Shown here: positions 18,047-28,371 of the stretch, piece by piece
Numbering within the stretch: position 1 is the first letter of the stretch
Layout of the letters: the number at the start of each line of letters is the position of its first letter
From: Nitrospirota bacterium
Lineage (GTDB): Bacteria > Nitrospirota > Thermodesulfovibrionia > Thermodesulfovibrionales > Dissulfurispiraceae
Assembly: GCA_040758355.1 (NCBI GenBank)
Contig: JBFLWF010000007.1
Location: forward strand, 38,573 to 102,572
Reading direction: 5' to 3'
DNA: 64,000 bases
Program-made: the position numbers and the translations under genes
The notes under the pieces: model-generated
Database searches by the model: none
What the model was told of the DNA's origin: nothing
Seen by the model: the letters and a program-made list of their open reading frames with translations, nothing else

Positions 18047-19894
18047 TATGTTCTCCATTTCTTTGTACAGTCTTTCTGCCTTTGCTTTATCCCCTGCATT
18101 ACATGCAGAGACCGCCTCCTTTGCCATTGCGTGTATCTTTGCATGGGGATCGTCTAATGCCTTAAAATTCGGTAGATTGCCGCACATCTGCATTCCCTCT
18201 CCGAAATACCATTTGCCGAACCTGCAGTTATGATGGTCTGGCAGTTGTGACGGATCAATGGAGGCATCTCCCTTTAAGCAAGCGCCGATTTTGCCCATGA
18301 ATACTCTGTGATCTGTCTTTGCTAAATCCAGTATCATCAACTCGCTTCCCTTTGTCTTAAATCCTGCAGTTGAATTTCTCAATTCCTCAGATATCTTTGT
18401 CAGTGTGTTTACCTGATGCATCACGTCATCGGCCATCTTCTCCATGTTCTTTGATATTGCCGATGTCTTTTCTATATTCTTTGCCACTTCCTCAGATGCA
18501 GCAGACTGCTCGTCAACTGCTGTTGCTATCTGTGTTATCTGGTCTCTGACCTTCTGGACCGCCATGACTATATGATTTAATGAATCTCCCACCTGTCTTA
18601 TGTAGTCCGTTGCCTTTGTGACCTCTCCTGATGCTTCTTCCATCGACTTCATCGTTTGTTCGGACTCTGTCTGTACTGTGCTTATCTTGTCCGTTATCTC
18701 TGTGGTTGCCTTAACTGTTCTTTCTGCAAGTTTTCTTACCTCATCCGCAACTACTGCAAAGCCTCTCCCCTGCTCTCCTGCCCTCGCTGCCTCGATTGCT
18801 GCATTTAGCGCTAAGAGATTTGTCTGGTCTGCTATGTCTTTGATTACTGTTACTATGTCTCCTATCTCCGATGCACGATTATTCAATTTCTCCACCATTG
18901 TGGCAAGTTCTACAGTCGATGCGTAAACCCTGTTTACTGTCTCTACTGCGCCGTCTGCTACATCTTTGCCTTTTCCTGCTGTTTCCATTGCCTCGGATGA
19001 TGACTCTGATGCAACCGATGCATTTTTTGCTATGTCCGTAATTGTCTGGCTCATCTCCTCTGCTGCTGCGGCTATCTGCGATGCCTGACCGGATTGGTTT
19101 CTCGCTCCCTCCGATGTCTTATCCGCTCTCGCCCTTAACACATCCACTGTGGATACCACATTATTAGCAGATGTTAGTATGCTGTTTACCATATTGCCGA
19201 AGGATATAACCATTGTCTCCATTGCGCATGAAAGGGCATTTATCTCATCCCCTTTTGTTCCGCACGTGACATCTACCTTGAGATTGCCCTTTGAAATCTC
19301 TTTTACATCATCTGTGAGCTTCTGAAGGGGCGATGCTATCTTTTTCATGCTCATTATCCATATGCCTGCCAGTATAATGAGGTTTAACGCAAAGATGATC
19401 GTCTGTATTGTCTTGAGTGTTTTTACCTTGCCTTCAGATACTGCTGCAAAGATAGTGGTTGCCTCATCTGCAAGCTTTAAGAAGTTTTCGCTTTCTTCAA
19501 CGAGGGCTTTTAATGCCGATGGGTCGTTTTTTGCCTTCTCGATTGCCTCTTTGTATTTCTGCCAAGAGGCCTCAAGCTCTCTCATCTTTGAAAGAGCCTT
19601 TTCATCCGTTGCCTTTGGCAGCTTCCATTCTGCATCGCCGTTTATCAGGCCTTTTACTATCCTGTCGAGAGTGACTGTGAGTTCTGCTATCTTGCTTTCC
19701 GTATCAATCCCGTGCTGCTTTGCAAATACGTATTTTGCGAGTCTCTGTGATATTGCCCTTTGCCTTCCGGAATAATTGACCACATTGCCGTCATCGGCCA
19801 TCCTGTTCAATTGCAGAAAAACCGATGCCGTACTGATTAGAGAAAAACTCAACAATACTGCAACTACGATTTTAAGACTCGTGCTGATCTTCAT
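17996..19894 (-). CDS. Methyl-accepting chemotaxis protein with PilJ/NarX-like sensor and C-terminal CZB domain
   Basis: [13 protein letters not shown] (P-box-like), [61 protein letters not shown]. Confidence 0.92.
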   Translation of the reverse strand: MKISTSLKIVVAVLLSFSLISTASVFLQLNRMADDGNVVNYSGRQRAISQRLAKYVFAKQHGIDTESKIAELTVTLDRIVKGLINGDAEWKLPKATDEKALSKMRELEASWQKYKEAIEKAKNDPSALKALVEESENFLKLADEATTIFAAVSEGKVKTLKTIQTIIFALNLIILAGIWIMSMKKIASPLQKLTDDVKEISKGNLKVDVTCGTKGDEINALSCAMETMVISFGNMVNSILTSANNVVSTVDVLRARADKTSEGARNQSGQASQIAAAAEEMSQTITDIAKNASVASESSSEAMETAGKGKDVADGAVETVNRVYASTVELATMVEKLNNRASEIGDIVTVIKDIADQTNLLALNAAIEAARAGEQGRGFAVVADEVRKLAERTVKATTEITDKISTVQTESEQTMKSMEEASGEVTKATDYIRQVGDSLNHIVMAVQKVRDQITQIATAVDEQSAASEEVAKNIEKTSAISKNMEKMADDVMHQVNTLTKISEELRNSTAGFKTKGSELMILDLAKTDHRVFMGKIGACLKGDASIDPSQLPDHHNCRFGKWYFGEGMQMCGNLPNFKALDDPHAKIHAMAKEAVSACNAGDKAKAERLYKEMENISDQIGSLLDGVKRECK

Positions 19895-19976
19895 ACGCTG
19901 TTACCCCCTTGTTTTCAAACCTTACCCTTCTTGTCCGAAGGGTGGTAAAAATTATCTTGTTTTTGTATAATTGATT

Positions 19977-20246
19977 ATGGAAGTCATTATAGACACTTTA
20001 AAAATATACGAACGCCTCAAAGCAGCGGATCTGCCTGAAAAGGCATCTAAAGAGATTGCAGAGGTCTTTAGAGAAACCATTGAAGAGCGTCTTGCCACAA
20101 AACAGGACTTAAAAGAACTTGAAAGACATTTAGACCTACGTTTAAAAGAATTAGAATCATCAGTAAAAGCCGACCTCATCAAATGGGTAGCGGGAATGCT
20201 CGTGGCGCAGGCAGTAGTCATTGCAGCCCTTGTGAAACTGCTCTGA
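19977..20246 (+). CDS. DUF1640/CCDC90-like small coiled-coil protein
   Basis: IDTLKIYERLK..LATKQDL..LIKWVAGML; start set to ATG 19977. Confidence 0.75.
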   Translation: MEVIIDTLKIYERLKAADLPEKASKEIAEVFRETIEERLATKQDLKELERHLDLRLKELESSVKADLIKWVAGMLVAQAVVIAALVKLL

Positions 20247-20264
20247 AATATCATAAACGCTCTC

Positions 20265-20705
20265 CTACTGCATTACAAAATCAGTAAAATAAATATTTTT
20301 GACATTGCCTTCTCCCAGTATCCGATTCAATCCGGCAAGCAATTCATCTTTAAGCTGCTGCTTCCCTTCAAACGAAGATATGTCATCAGGGGACTTGCTT
20401 GTAACAAGCATAATGATTGCATCCCTGATGGCTCCTGTTTTTGTTTTTGCCTTTTCTGTTGCAGCCGGTGATGAAAGCTCAAGGTTTATGGACAGTTTTA
20501 AAAATCTGCTGCCCACATTCAGGATGAATGGTTCTAACTGAAACATTGGCGTTTCTGCATCCTTTTTTGAAGATTTGCTGGCGTAACTATCGGTTGTGAA
20601 AGCAGGGCACAGAAGACAGAAAACAGATAACAGACAAATCGAATATAAGAGATTTGTTTTAACTAATTGATTTGTAAGTTTTTTTTTTGGGGGGGGGGGG
20701 TAAAT
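20265..20705 (-). CDS. fliL: Flagellar basal body-associated protein FliL; start uncertain
   Basis: LEPFILN, RFLKLSINLE, IRDAII, GKQQLKDE, IYFTDFVMQ. Confidence 0.85.
   Translation of the reverse strand: MYPPPPKKKLTNQLVKTNLLYSICLLSVFCLLCPAFTTDSYASKSSKKDAETPMFQLEPFILNVGSRFLKLSINLELSSPAATEKAKTKTGAIRDAIIMLVTSKSPDDISSFEGKQQLKDELLAGLNRILGEGNVKNIYFTDFVMQ
20679..20700. repeat. Homopolymer tract T10G12 (C12A10 on the coding strand)
   Basis: Direct reading. Confidence 0.9.
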
Positions 20706-20946
20706 TAGGACATCTCCTATGAGTGACTTTGTTATTACTGCAGATAAGCATTTTTCTGTTTTGTTCAGCATTTTGTCCATATCAAAAATTAAAATAATAT
20801 AGCACACCAGAGGGTAAATTTTTTGTTAATCTCATTTGTTCATTGCGGAATTAATATACAATCCTGCGTTGTATATGTCAAGATTGTTAGGTTTCAGAAT
20901 TTGTTCGCTATCAAGATAATTGCTAACATGCATGATATAATTATTC

Positions 20947-21882
20947 ATGACCATACACCCTATGCTCGCAAAATCATCCCGCCCCTTTGATTCTGAGAAC
21001 CACACCTTTGAATTGAAATGGGATGGCACACGCTGTATTGCATTTGTGGATAGGAACAATATAAGGCTCCAGAACAGGAGACTCCTTGATATAACCTACA
21101 GGTATCCCGAATTTCAACAATTAAAAAAATATCTCAAAGTAAAATCCGCTGTCTTTGATGGAGAGATTGTTGTTTTGAGGGAAGGAATACCGAATTTCGA
21201 AAAACTCCAGCAGAGGGAACACATAGAGAATATGGAGAGGATCGAGATATTGTCGGGGCTTATTCCTGCCACATATGTGGTTTTCGATCTCCTGTATCTG
21301 AATGGAAAGTCAATAATGCATAAACCACTTGCAGAAAGAAGGGATTTGTTAAGAGGCTTGTTCCCAATGTCAGATAATGTCATATTGTCTGAATCCTACA
21401 GCGAAGGGAAAAAGCTATTTAAGATGGCTTTAAAGAAGGGATTCGAAGGCATAATGGCAAAGGAAAAGACAAGTCCCTATCTGCAGGATGAAAGGTCTGG
21501 ATACTGGTTGAAGATTAAGAAATTTTCTGATGTCGATGCTGTTGTGTGCGGTTACCTTGAAGGCGAGGGCAGCAGGAAGGATTATTTTGGATCTCTAATC
21601 CTTGGCGTGTATGATAAAGGCAAGCTAAGACATATCGGCCAGGTAGGAACAGGCTTTGATGAGAAGATGATAAAACGCTTATTCAATATATTGAGCAGTA
21701 TGAAGACAGACATCTCTCCTTTTGATACGGTTCCTGAATTAAAGAGGAGGGCATTCTGGTGCAGGCCGGAAATTGTCGTAAGGGTTGGTTATCATGAATG
21801 GACAAAGGACAATAAATTGGGGGTTCCTGTATTTAAAGGTATAAGGGATGACAAGGGGCCGGAGGAATGCAGGTTGGAGTAA
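20947..21882 (+). CDS. ligD: ATP-dependent DNA ligase (LigD ligase domain only)
   Basis: ELKWDGTR, FDGEIV, VFDLL, EGIMAK, WLKIK, VGTGF; adjacent to Ku. Confidence 0.9.
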   Translation: MTIHPMLAKSSRPFDSENHTFELKWDGTRCIAFVDRNNIRLQNRRLLDITYRYPEFQQLKKYLKVKSAVFDGEIVVLREGIPNFEKLQQREHIENMERIEILSGLIPATYVVFDLLYLNGKSIMHKPLAERRDLLRGLFPMSDNVILSESYSEGKKLFKMALKKGFEGIMAKEKTSPYLQDERSGYWLKIKKFSDVDAVVCGYLEGEGSRKDYFGSLILGVYDKGKLRHIGQVGTGFDEKMIKRLFNILSSMKTDISPFDTVPELKRRAFWCRPEIVVRVGYHEWTKDNKLGVPVFKGIRDDKGPEECRLE

Positions 21883-21934
21883 TGGAGCATTGGAGTATTG
21901 GAAAAGACATTACTCCATCACTCCAATACTCCAT
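21874..21934. repeat. Paired inverted octamer arrays (TTGGAGTA / TACTCCAA-like)
   Basis: Direct reading; between convergent ligD and ku stops. Confidence 0.88.
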
Positions 21935-21935
21935 G

Positions 21936-22709
21936 TTACGCTGTCTTTTTCTTCTTTTCGAGACTCTTTTTCAGGGCATCCATCAGGCTTACAACCTTTT
22001 CCACTTCTTTTTTGGGTGCAACCTTAATCTCCCTGCCAGCTATCTTTGCCTTGATTAATTCCATTAACGAGTCTCTGAATTCATCGTGATAGGCATCGAT
22101 GTTAAATCTTCCTAAGAAGTGCCTTACGAGCTCTGTTGCAAGGGCAAATTCTTTGTTGTCGAGTGTAATTTTTTTAGGGATATTCAGGGCCTCTGTTTTT
22201 GCAATTTCATCTGCATAAAACATGGTATGTAACATCAATACATCGTGGAATACCCTCAGAACAGCTATATGTTCTTTATCCTTGAATGTAATCTTTGATA
22301 GGGCGACTTTTCCTGCCTCCTTCATTGTCTCCCTTAAAAGTGCGTATGCCCTTTCTCCTCCCTCGACAGGTTCGAGGTAATATGATTTGTCGTAATAGAT
22401 GGGATCAATTTCTTTTGCATCTACAAATCGCAAGATGTCTATGCCCTTTGATGTTTTGACAGGGATATGGTCGATCTCCTCATCGGATATAACAACAAAT
22501 TTGCCCTTTTCGTATTCATAACCGTGTGTGGTATCCTCCCATGCCACATCGGTCTTGCATGTAGTGCAGTATCTTTCATAGGTCATAGGAGTTGAGCATT
22601 TTTTATGGAGCAGGTGGAAGTTTATATCCCTTTTGTGTGTTGCACCGTAAAGCTTCACTGGGATATTCACAAGGGCAAAGCTTATATTGCCTTTCCATAA
22701 AGCCTTCAT
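21936..22709 (-). CDS. ku: NHEJ DNA end-binding protein Ku
   Basis: WKGNISFALVNIPVKLY, GYEYEKG, IDPIYYDKSYYL, SLMDALKKSL. Confidence 0.95.
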   Translation of the reverse strand: MKALWKGNISFALVNIPVKLYGATHKRDINFHLLHKKCSTPMTYERYCTTCKTDVAWEDTTHGYEYEKGKFVVISDEEIDHIPVKTSKGIDILRFVDAKEIDPIYYDKSYYLEPVEGGERAYALLRETMKEAGKVALSKITFKDKEHIAVLRVFHDVLMLHTMFYADEIAKTEALNIPKKITLDNKEFALATELVRHFLGRFNIDAYHDEFRDSLMELIKAKIAGREIKVAPKKEVEKVVSLMDALKKSLEKKKKTA

Positions 22710-22795
22710 ATACTAATGATACCATAATCCGTGATTTAGCAATAAGGATAAGTCTCTGACCCATCCTTATTGCTGGATTTAGTTTATAATAATAT

Positions 22796-23494
22796 ATGCC
22801 TTTAAGAAAATGGATAGACAGCGCAAACAATGCCATAGAGGGAATACTGCATGCTGCAAAGACCCAGAGACATCTCAGGTACCATTTTTATTCAGCAGTT
22901 GCAGTCCTTGTTTTAAGCTATATCCTCGGCGTGGCGAGGACTGATTTCCTGATAATCTCCATTGCTGTTATTCTTGTACTGCTTGCAGAAATGATTAATA
23001 CCGCTATCGAATATGTTGTGGATATGATTTCACCCGAACACAGCGAAAAGGCAAGGGTTGCAAAGGATGTGGCTGCCGGAGCGGTTTTAATTACTGCATT
23101 CGGCGCCGCAGTCCTCGGATACATCATACTGTTCCCATATTTCAGCAGGGTATTTGAGCAGGGTATCGATGTTGCAAAACATTCGAAGGAAGAGATCACG
23201 CTCATCACTGTTATCCTCGTCTTGATTCTTGTGGTGGTATTGAAGGCATACTCAGGCAAAGGGCATCCCCTGCGCGGCGGCATGCCAAGCGGTCATTCTG
23301 CGATTGCTTTTGCAGCATGGGTTGCAGTTACATATATCACAGGAAGTTTCATTGCCTCATTGCTTAGCTTTCTGTTGTCCGTTCTTATAGCCCAGAGCAG
23401 GGTAGCAGTAAAGGTTCATTCCCCTTCCGAAGTGATTGCAGGTGCAATATTAGGGGCAGGAATTACCCTTGTCTTGTTCATTATTTTTTATTGA
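22796..23494 (+). CDS. dgkA: Diacylglycerol/undecaprenol kinase fused to PAP2 domain
   Basis: AIEGI, EMINTAIE, AKDVAAGAV; MPSGHS..SRV..H. Confidence 0.88.
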   Translation: MPLRKWIDSANNAIEGILHAAKTQRHLRYHFYSAVAVLVLSYILGVARTDFLIISIAVILVLLAEMINTAIEYVVDMISPEHSEKARVAKDVAAGAVLITAFGAAVLGYIILFPYFSRVFEQGIDVAKHSKEEITLITVILVLILVVVLKAYSGKGHPLRGGMPSGHSAIAFAAWVAVTYITGSFIASLLSFLLSVLIAQSRVAVKVHSPSEVIAGAILGAGITLVLFIIFY

Positions 23495-23541
23495 CAGTTA
23501 ACATGTTTTGTGGTAATTTTTTTATATAAAAAGGATGTGTC

Positions 23542-23626
23542 TCTCCCGATAAGGCCAAACCCTCTGCGAGGAGGGGGCGGAAAACAACGGGTCTTTTATA
23601 GAAGACGGCCGGGTTGCCGAAGGAGA
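23542..23626 (+). ncRNA. c-di-GMP-I (GEMM-I) riboswitch
   Basis: CGATAAGGCCAAACCCTCT-GCGA-GGAGGGGGCGGAAAAC..GGGTCTT..AAGACGGCCGGGTTGCCGAAG follows the GEMM-I consensus; TTGACA(23491)-17-TAATTT promoter upstream. Confidence 0.88.
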
Positions 23627-23654
23627 ATCTTCGGCAAGCTCGGCCTTTTTGTTT
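23607..23654 (+). terminator. Intrinsic terminator overlapping the riboswitch aptamer
   Basis: GGCCGGGTTGCCGAAG / CTTCGGCAAGCTCGGCC followed by TTTTTGTTT. Confidence 0.85.
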
Positions 23655-23689
23655 ATGCTCCAAAGGGGATTGGCCTGAAGGAGGGAAAC

Positions 23690-24109
23690 ATGATGGTAAG
23701 GCAGTTAATGCAGAAGGATCTGGTTACAATCCTGCCCACATCTTCTGTCCATGATGCGGCTACGAAGATGAAAGAGCATCATATCGGCTCGGTTCTCATA
23801 ACGGATGAGGGCTGGAAACTGAAAGGGATATTGACGGACAGGGATATAGCCATGGCAGTGGCTGCAGATGCCAGGGATCCGAAAACAACATGTGTTTGTG
23901 ACATTATGACCCAGGATCCCATAACAATAAATGCTGATGCCGATTTTGATTCTGCCATGAGGATAATGAATAAGGCTAAGATAAGGAGACTTCCGGTTAC
24001 AGAAAACGGGAAGTTAATGGGGCTTATATCCTCAGATGATATAGCTGCTGCCTTTAAGGAACAGTTTGACCAGTTTATAGGCCTTGAAATGGCCTATGCA
24101 AAACATTAA
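23690..24109 (+). CDS. CBS-domain pair protein
   Basis: SD GGAGGG, MMVRQLMQKD..GILTDRDI..IRRLPV; start set downstream of riboswitch. Confidence 0.88.
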   Translation: MMVRQLMQKDLVTILPTSSVHDAATKMKEHHIGSVLITDEGWKLKGILTDRDIAMAVAADARDPKTTCVCDIMTQDPITINADADFDSAMRIMNKAKIRRLPVTENGKLMGLISSDDIAAAFKEQFDQFIGLEMAYAKH

Positions 24110-24220
24110 TAAATTTTAAAAAGGCCAATCCCCTTTTCAAATTAGAAACTCTCGCATGCGGAGAAGTTCTGCAGTATCAACAACTTGAGGCAGGCAGACT
24201 AATACCGCAGGAGGTGTCTT

Positions 24221-24823
24221 ATGTTAAAAAACAGATTTAAAGGTTATGTAGTTGTGGAATACAAGTGGGTATTTTGGGCAAAGTTTATAGCATTATGTTT
24301 TTGTATTGCAGCCGGATATGTTGCGGTGTATGCACTAACGGACTTCTCCAAGCCGGCAAATGCCGTAGAAGACGAAGGTGTAGATGAAGCGAAACTTGTT
24401 GTTATGAATTGGATGAAGGCCAACTCAGAGATGCCTGAACAGGTGCTTTCAGCAATATATGACGAGGCTGTGAAGCATCCTCACACGGATTTGATACTGG
24501 CTATATGTGCGGTGGAATCAAATTTTAATCCCAATGCAAAGAGCGGAAAGGGCGCCATCGGTCTTATGGGGATATTGCCTTCGGTCTGGCTGGATGATTT
24601 AAAGGAGAATGGAATAATCCGCAGCAAAAGGGATTTATACCTGATGTCGAAGAATATAACATCGGGTGTGCATATATTAAAGAAATATCTGTTGAGGTCT
24701 AATAATCTCACGAAGGCATTGGTGGATTATGTAGGCGGCGACCCGAATTATGTCAACAAGGTCTTAAAGGCTATGGGAGAGATTTATCTGGCGAAGATGC
24801 TTAATAGTTCGGCCAGTTCATAG
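24221..24823 (+). CDS. SLT-domain lytic transglycosylase
   Basis: ICAVESNFNPNAKSGKGAIGLMGI; N-terminal TM. Confidence 0.85.
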   Translation: MLKNRFKGYVVVEYKWVFWAKFIALCFCIAAGYVAVYALTDFSKPANAVEDEGVDEAKLVVMNWMKANSEMPEQVLSAIYDEAVKHPHTDLILAICAVESNFNPNAKSGKGAIGLMGILPSVWLDDLKENGIIRSKRDLYLMSKNITSGVHILKKYLLRSNNLTKALVDYVGGDPNYVNKVLKAMGEIYLAKMLNSSASS

Positions 24824-25553
24824 GAAGGAGGGGCTGGCTTTCCATAACATCTTCATATTCGGGTATTACTATTCCCCTTTTGACCATGATGTTATAAATG
24901 ATTTTCGAGCGGTTCTCGACATATCTCGATGTTCCAAGAGGATTGTATTTCCTCGGATTGGGAAGCACCGATGCGAGCCTTGCAGCCTCTTCGGGGCTTA
25001 TGGCCGATGCATGTTTGCCGTAGTAATGGCGTGATGCAGCCTCGATGCCGAATATCCCCTCTCCCCATTCAGCTACATTAAGGTATAGTTCAAGGATTCT
25101 TCTTTTAGGCAGGTTTTTTTCTATGCGCCATGTGAGGATTGCTTCTTTGATTTTTCTTATGGGATTTTTTGAAGGCGATAAATACAGGTTTTTTGCAAGC
25201 TGCTGGCTTATAGTGCTTCCTCCGGCCTTGAACTTTCCTGCCTTGACATTTTTTTCTACAGCCTTTTCTATTGCCTCAAAATCAAACCCTTCATGATGCC
25301 AGAACTTATCGTCTTCTGCAATTAGCACAGCCTTTACAAGATAAGGTGATATATGCGAAATAGAAACCCATACCTGCCTGGTTTTTATTTTCTTGCCTTT
25401 TTTCTTCCATTCCCTTTCGCGATACTCCATGAATGATGTCTTTCTTGGATTTTCTTTTTTGAGCTTCGAGACGTCAGGGAAAATGAAGTAGTAGACAATA
25501 CTCAGGAATATTACAGAAATGAGGGGTATTACGATTATCTTGGGTTTGCACAT
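24801..25553 (-). CDS. mtgA: Monofunctional peptidoglycan glycosyltransferase
   Basis: AEDDKFWHHEGFD, GGSTISQQLAKNL, RILELYLNVAEWG. Confidence 0.92.
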   Translation of the reverse strand: MCKPKIIVIPLISVIFLSIVYYFIFPDVSKLKKENPRKTSFMEYREREWKKKGKKIKTRQVWVSISHISPYLVKAVLIAEDDKFWHHEGFDFEAIEKAVEKNVKAGKFKAGGSTISQQLAKNLYLSPSKNPIRKIKEAILTWRIEKNLPKRRILELYLNVAEWGEGIFGIEAASRHYYGKHASAISPEEAARLASVLPNPRKYNPLGTSRYVENRSKIIYNIMVKRGIVIPEYEDVMESQPLLPMNWPNY

Positions 25554-25567
25554 CTGTATCTGTGATT

Positions 25568-27385
25568 TTAGTTTTTTGCCTTCGGCCTTTTGTTAGCCTC
25601 TAAGACCTTTTTTCTGAGCCTTACGGATTGCGGCGTTACCTCAACAAGCTCATCTTCCTTTATGAACTCCATCGCCTGTTCAAGATTCAATATCCTCGGA
25701 GGTATTAATTGTATGGTATCATCAGCGCTTGCAGCGCGCATGTTTGTGAGCTTCTTTTCCTTTGTGACATTTACATCGAGGTCATTGTCCCTTGAGTTCT
25801 CTCCAATAATCATACCCTCGTAAACAGGCGTATTCTCTTTTATGAAAAGCGTGCCCCTCGGCTGTAGGTGAAAGAGCGCATATGTTGTTGACTTCCCTGT
25901 CCTGTCTGCAACAAGGGCGCCTGTCTGTCTCTTGGACATCTGTCCATGCCATGGCTCGTATCCATCAAATAGATGATTTAAAAGTCCTGTTCCTTTTGTA
26001 TCTGTCAGAAACTGTGACCTGAAGCCGATCAATCCCCTCGATGGAATCCTGAATTCAAGCCTGACCCTTCCGTGAGCCCCAGAGCTATGGTCACTCTGCA
26101 TCTTCTGCATCTTGCCCTTTCTCATTCCGACCTGTTGCGTTACAACTCCGACAAATTCTTCAGGCACGTCTATGACAAGCAATTCCATCGGTTCATGCAG
26201 GACGCCGTTTATTTCCTTTGTTATGGTCTCCGGCATGGATACAGAGAGTTCGTATCCCTCCCTTCTCATCATTTCGATAAGGATTGCAAGCTGCAATTCC
26301 CCACGTCCCATTACCTTAAATGAATCAGTATTATCAAAACCCACTTTAATAGAGACATTGTAGAGGAGTTCCTTCTCAAGTCTTTCCCTTAGATTCCTCG
26401 ATGTCACGAACTTCCCTTCCTTTCCTGAAAAGGGAGATGTATTGACAGAAAAGACCATGGATATTGTAGGCTCATCCACCTTTATTCTCGGAAGAGGCAT
26501 CGGCCTTTCAATATCGGTGATTGTGTCGCCTATATTTATGCCTTCGATCCCTGCAAGGGCAATGATGTCGCCAATAGATGCCTCTTTTGCCTCCATTCTT
26601 TCCAATCCCTGGAATGTGTAAATGGAGGTTATCTTTGTTTTTACTGCATCGCTGTTGCCGTTTATCATGGCCACTGCATCTCCTACCTTTACTGTGCCTG
26701 AAAAGATTCTTCCGATTGCAAGTCTTCCCACATAATCGTTGTAGTCTATATTCGTGACAAGGAGCTGCAAGATGCCATCCCCTTTGCCTTCAGGTGAAGG
26801 AATGGTTTTGAGTATGAGGTCAAAGAGGGGCTTCAAATTTTCTGATTCATCGTTCATATTAAGCGTTGCAATACCCCTTTTGGCATTTGTATAAACAATG
26901 GGGAATTCTAACTGCTCTTCGGATGCGTCAAGGTCTATGAATAAATCATAGACTTCGTTTAAAACTCCCTGAATCCTTGCATCGGGTCTGTCGATCTTAT
27001 TTATTACTAAGATCGGTGGCAATTTTAATTCAAGAGCCTTTTTGAGTACAAACCTTGTTTGCGGCAAAGGGCCTTCTGATGCATCAACGAGCAAAAGCAC
27101 GCCGTCAACCATTTTCAAAGTCCTTTCCACCTCGCCGCCGAAGTCAGCATGACCGGGTGTATCGACAATATTTATCTTTACGCCATTGTATTCAACTGCT
27201 GTGTTCTTTGCCATTATTGTGATCCCGCGCTCACGCTCAAGGTCTATGTTGTCCATGACCCTTTCCTGAACCTGCTGGTTGGAGCGGAATATCCCTGCCT
27301 GTTTCAGCATCCCGTCAACAAGGGTTGTCTTGCCATGGTCGACATGGGCGATAATGGCAATGTTTCTTAAATCCTCTCTCTTCAT
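25568..27385 (-). CDS. typA: Translational GTPase TypA/BipA
   Basis: [37 protein letters not shown]. Confidence 0.97.
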   Translation of the reverse strand: MKREDLRNIAIIAHVDHGKTTLVDGMLKQAGIFRSNQQVQERVMDNIDLERERGITIMAKNTAVEYNGVKINIVDTPGHADFGGEVERTLKMVDGVLLLVDASEGPLPQTRFVLKKALELKLPPILVINKIDRPDARIQGVLNEVYDLFIDLDASEEQLEFPIVYTNAKRGIATLNMNDESENLKPLFDLILKTIPSPEGKGDGILQLLVTNIDYNDYVGRLAIGRIFSGTVKVGDAVAMINGNSDAVKTKITSIYTFQGLERMEAKEASIGDIIALAGIEGINIGDTITDIERPMPLPRIKVDEPTISMVFSVNTSPFSGKEGKFVTSRNLRERLEKELLYNVSIKVGFDNTDSFKVMGRGELQLAILIEMMRREGYELSVSMPETITKEINGVLHEPMELLVIDVPEEFVGVVTQQVGMRKGKMQKMQSDHSSGAHGRVRLEFRIPSRGLIGFRSQFLTDTKGTGLLNHLFDGYEPWHGQMSKRQTGALVADRTGKSTTYALFHLQPRGTLFIKENTPVYEGMIIGENSRDNDLDVNVTKEKKLTNMRAASADDTIQLIPPRILNLEQAMEFIKEDELVEVTPQSVRLRKKVLEANKRPKAKN

Positions 27386-27484
27386 AAAACCTCACTTTTA
27401 GTTGTTTGGTAAACGCAGGTGTGCATACGGTAAAAAGCTTTACAGATGCATGATTTTAACTGCGGACGTTTTATTTTAACCTAT

Positions 27485-28270
27485 TTACATATGAAAATAC
27501 CACTTGAGTATCTCGCCGCCAAAAAACAGGGTAATGATTGAGCCGAGAGCCAGAAACGGGCCGAACGGTATCTTCGTCTTTCTTCCCTTTCCCTTAAAGA
27601 CCATGAGAAATATTCCGACTATAGAGCCAACGAGACTTCCTATGAATGTTGTAAGGAAAACAGCCTTCCATCCCATGAATGCGCCCACCATTGCCATCAA
27701 TTTAATATCGCCGCCTCCCATTCCTCCCCGGCTGAGGATTGCAATGAGATAAAATAATCCGCCGCCTATAAACAAGCCTGCAATGGAGTTTTTAAAGCCA
27801 ACGACTGAAAGGCTGAAGGCTGAAGGCTGAAGGCTGAAAGGATCTGGGAGCAAAAAAGATGCTGATAGAAGGCTAATGACAATTCCCGGAAGTGTTATTA
27901 CATCAGGTATTATCTGAAAATCCAGATCGATAAAGGTTATCACAATCATCGCAGACACAAAGACAAAGAGAAATGGCAGATGCCATCCATATCCAAAAAA
28001 ATTGGAAGCTGCCCAGTAGAGGATGCCGTTTAATAATTCAACCATTGGATAGCGTATGGAAATGCTTTCGCCGCATTTCCTGCATTTGCCTTTTAAAAAA
28101 ATATAGCTGAGTACAGGTATATTATCCCACGGCTTAATAGGTGTGTTGCATGCAGGACATGACGATGACGGTCTTATTATTGAGATGTTTCTCGGCAATC
28201 TGTATATGCAGACATTCAGGAACGACCCGACTATGAGGCCTAATAAAAAAATAATTATTATCATCATCAT
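27485..28270 (-). CDS. pilD: Prepilin peptidase
   Basis: GSFLNVCIYRLP, CPAC..CRKC, IDLDFQIIPD, GMGGGDIKL, PFGPFL. Confidence 0.93.
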   Translation of the reverse strand: MMMIIIIFLLGLIVGSFLNVCIYRLPRNISIIRPSSSCPACNTPIKPWDNIPVLSYIFLKGKCRKCGESISIRYPMVELLNGILYWAASNFFGYGWHLPFLFVFVSAMIVITFIDLDFQIIPDVITLPGIVISLLSASFLLPDPFSLQPSAFSLSVVGFKNSIAGLFIGGGLFYLIAILSRGGMGGGDIKLMAMVGAFMGWKAVFLTTFIGSLVGSIVGIFLMVFKGKGRKTKIPFGPFLALGSIITLFFGGEILKWYFHM

Positions 28271-28371
28271 ATAGAAATCTTCCCTGCTCTTTCTCTCAAT
28301 AGTTCAGCAACTATCTATTTAATGCTTTTCCCGCTTCATTCCGCAAAAGCCGAATGTATTTTAAATAAGCG

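Noticed and set aside
23542..23626. cGAMP-specific (GEMM-Ib) riboswitch
   Set aside because: Specificity position reads G, not A, by manual alignment.
23510..23689. 60-aa N-terminal extension of the CBS protein
   Set aside because: Runs through the riboswitch and terminator; a good SD precedes ATG 23690.
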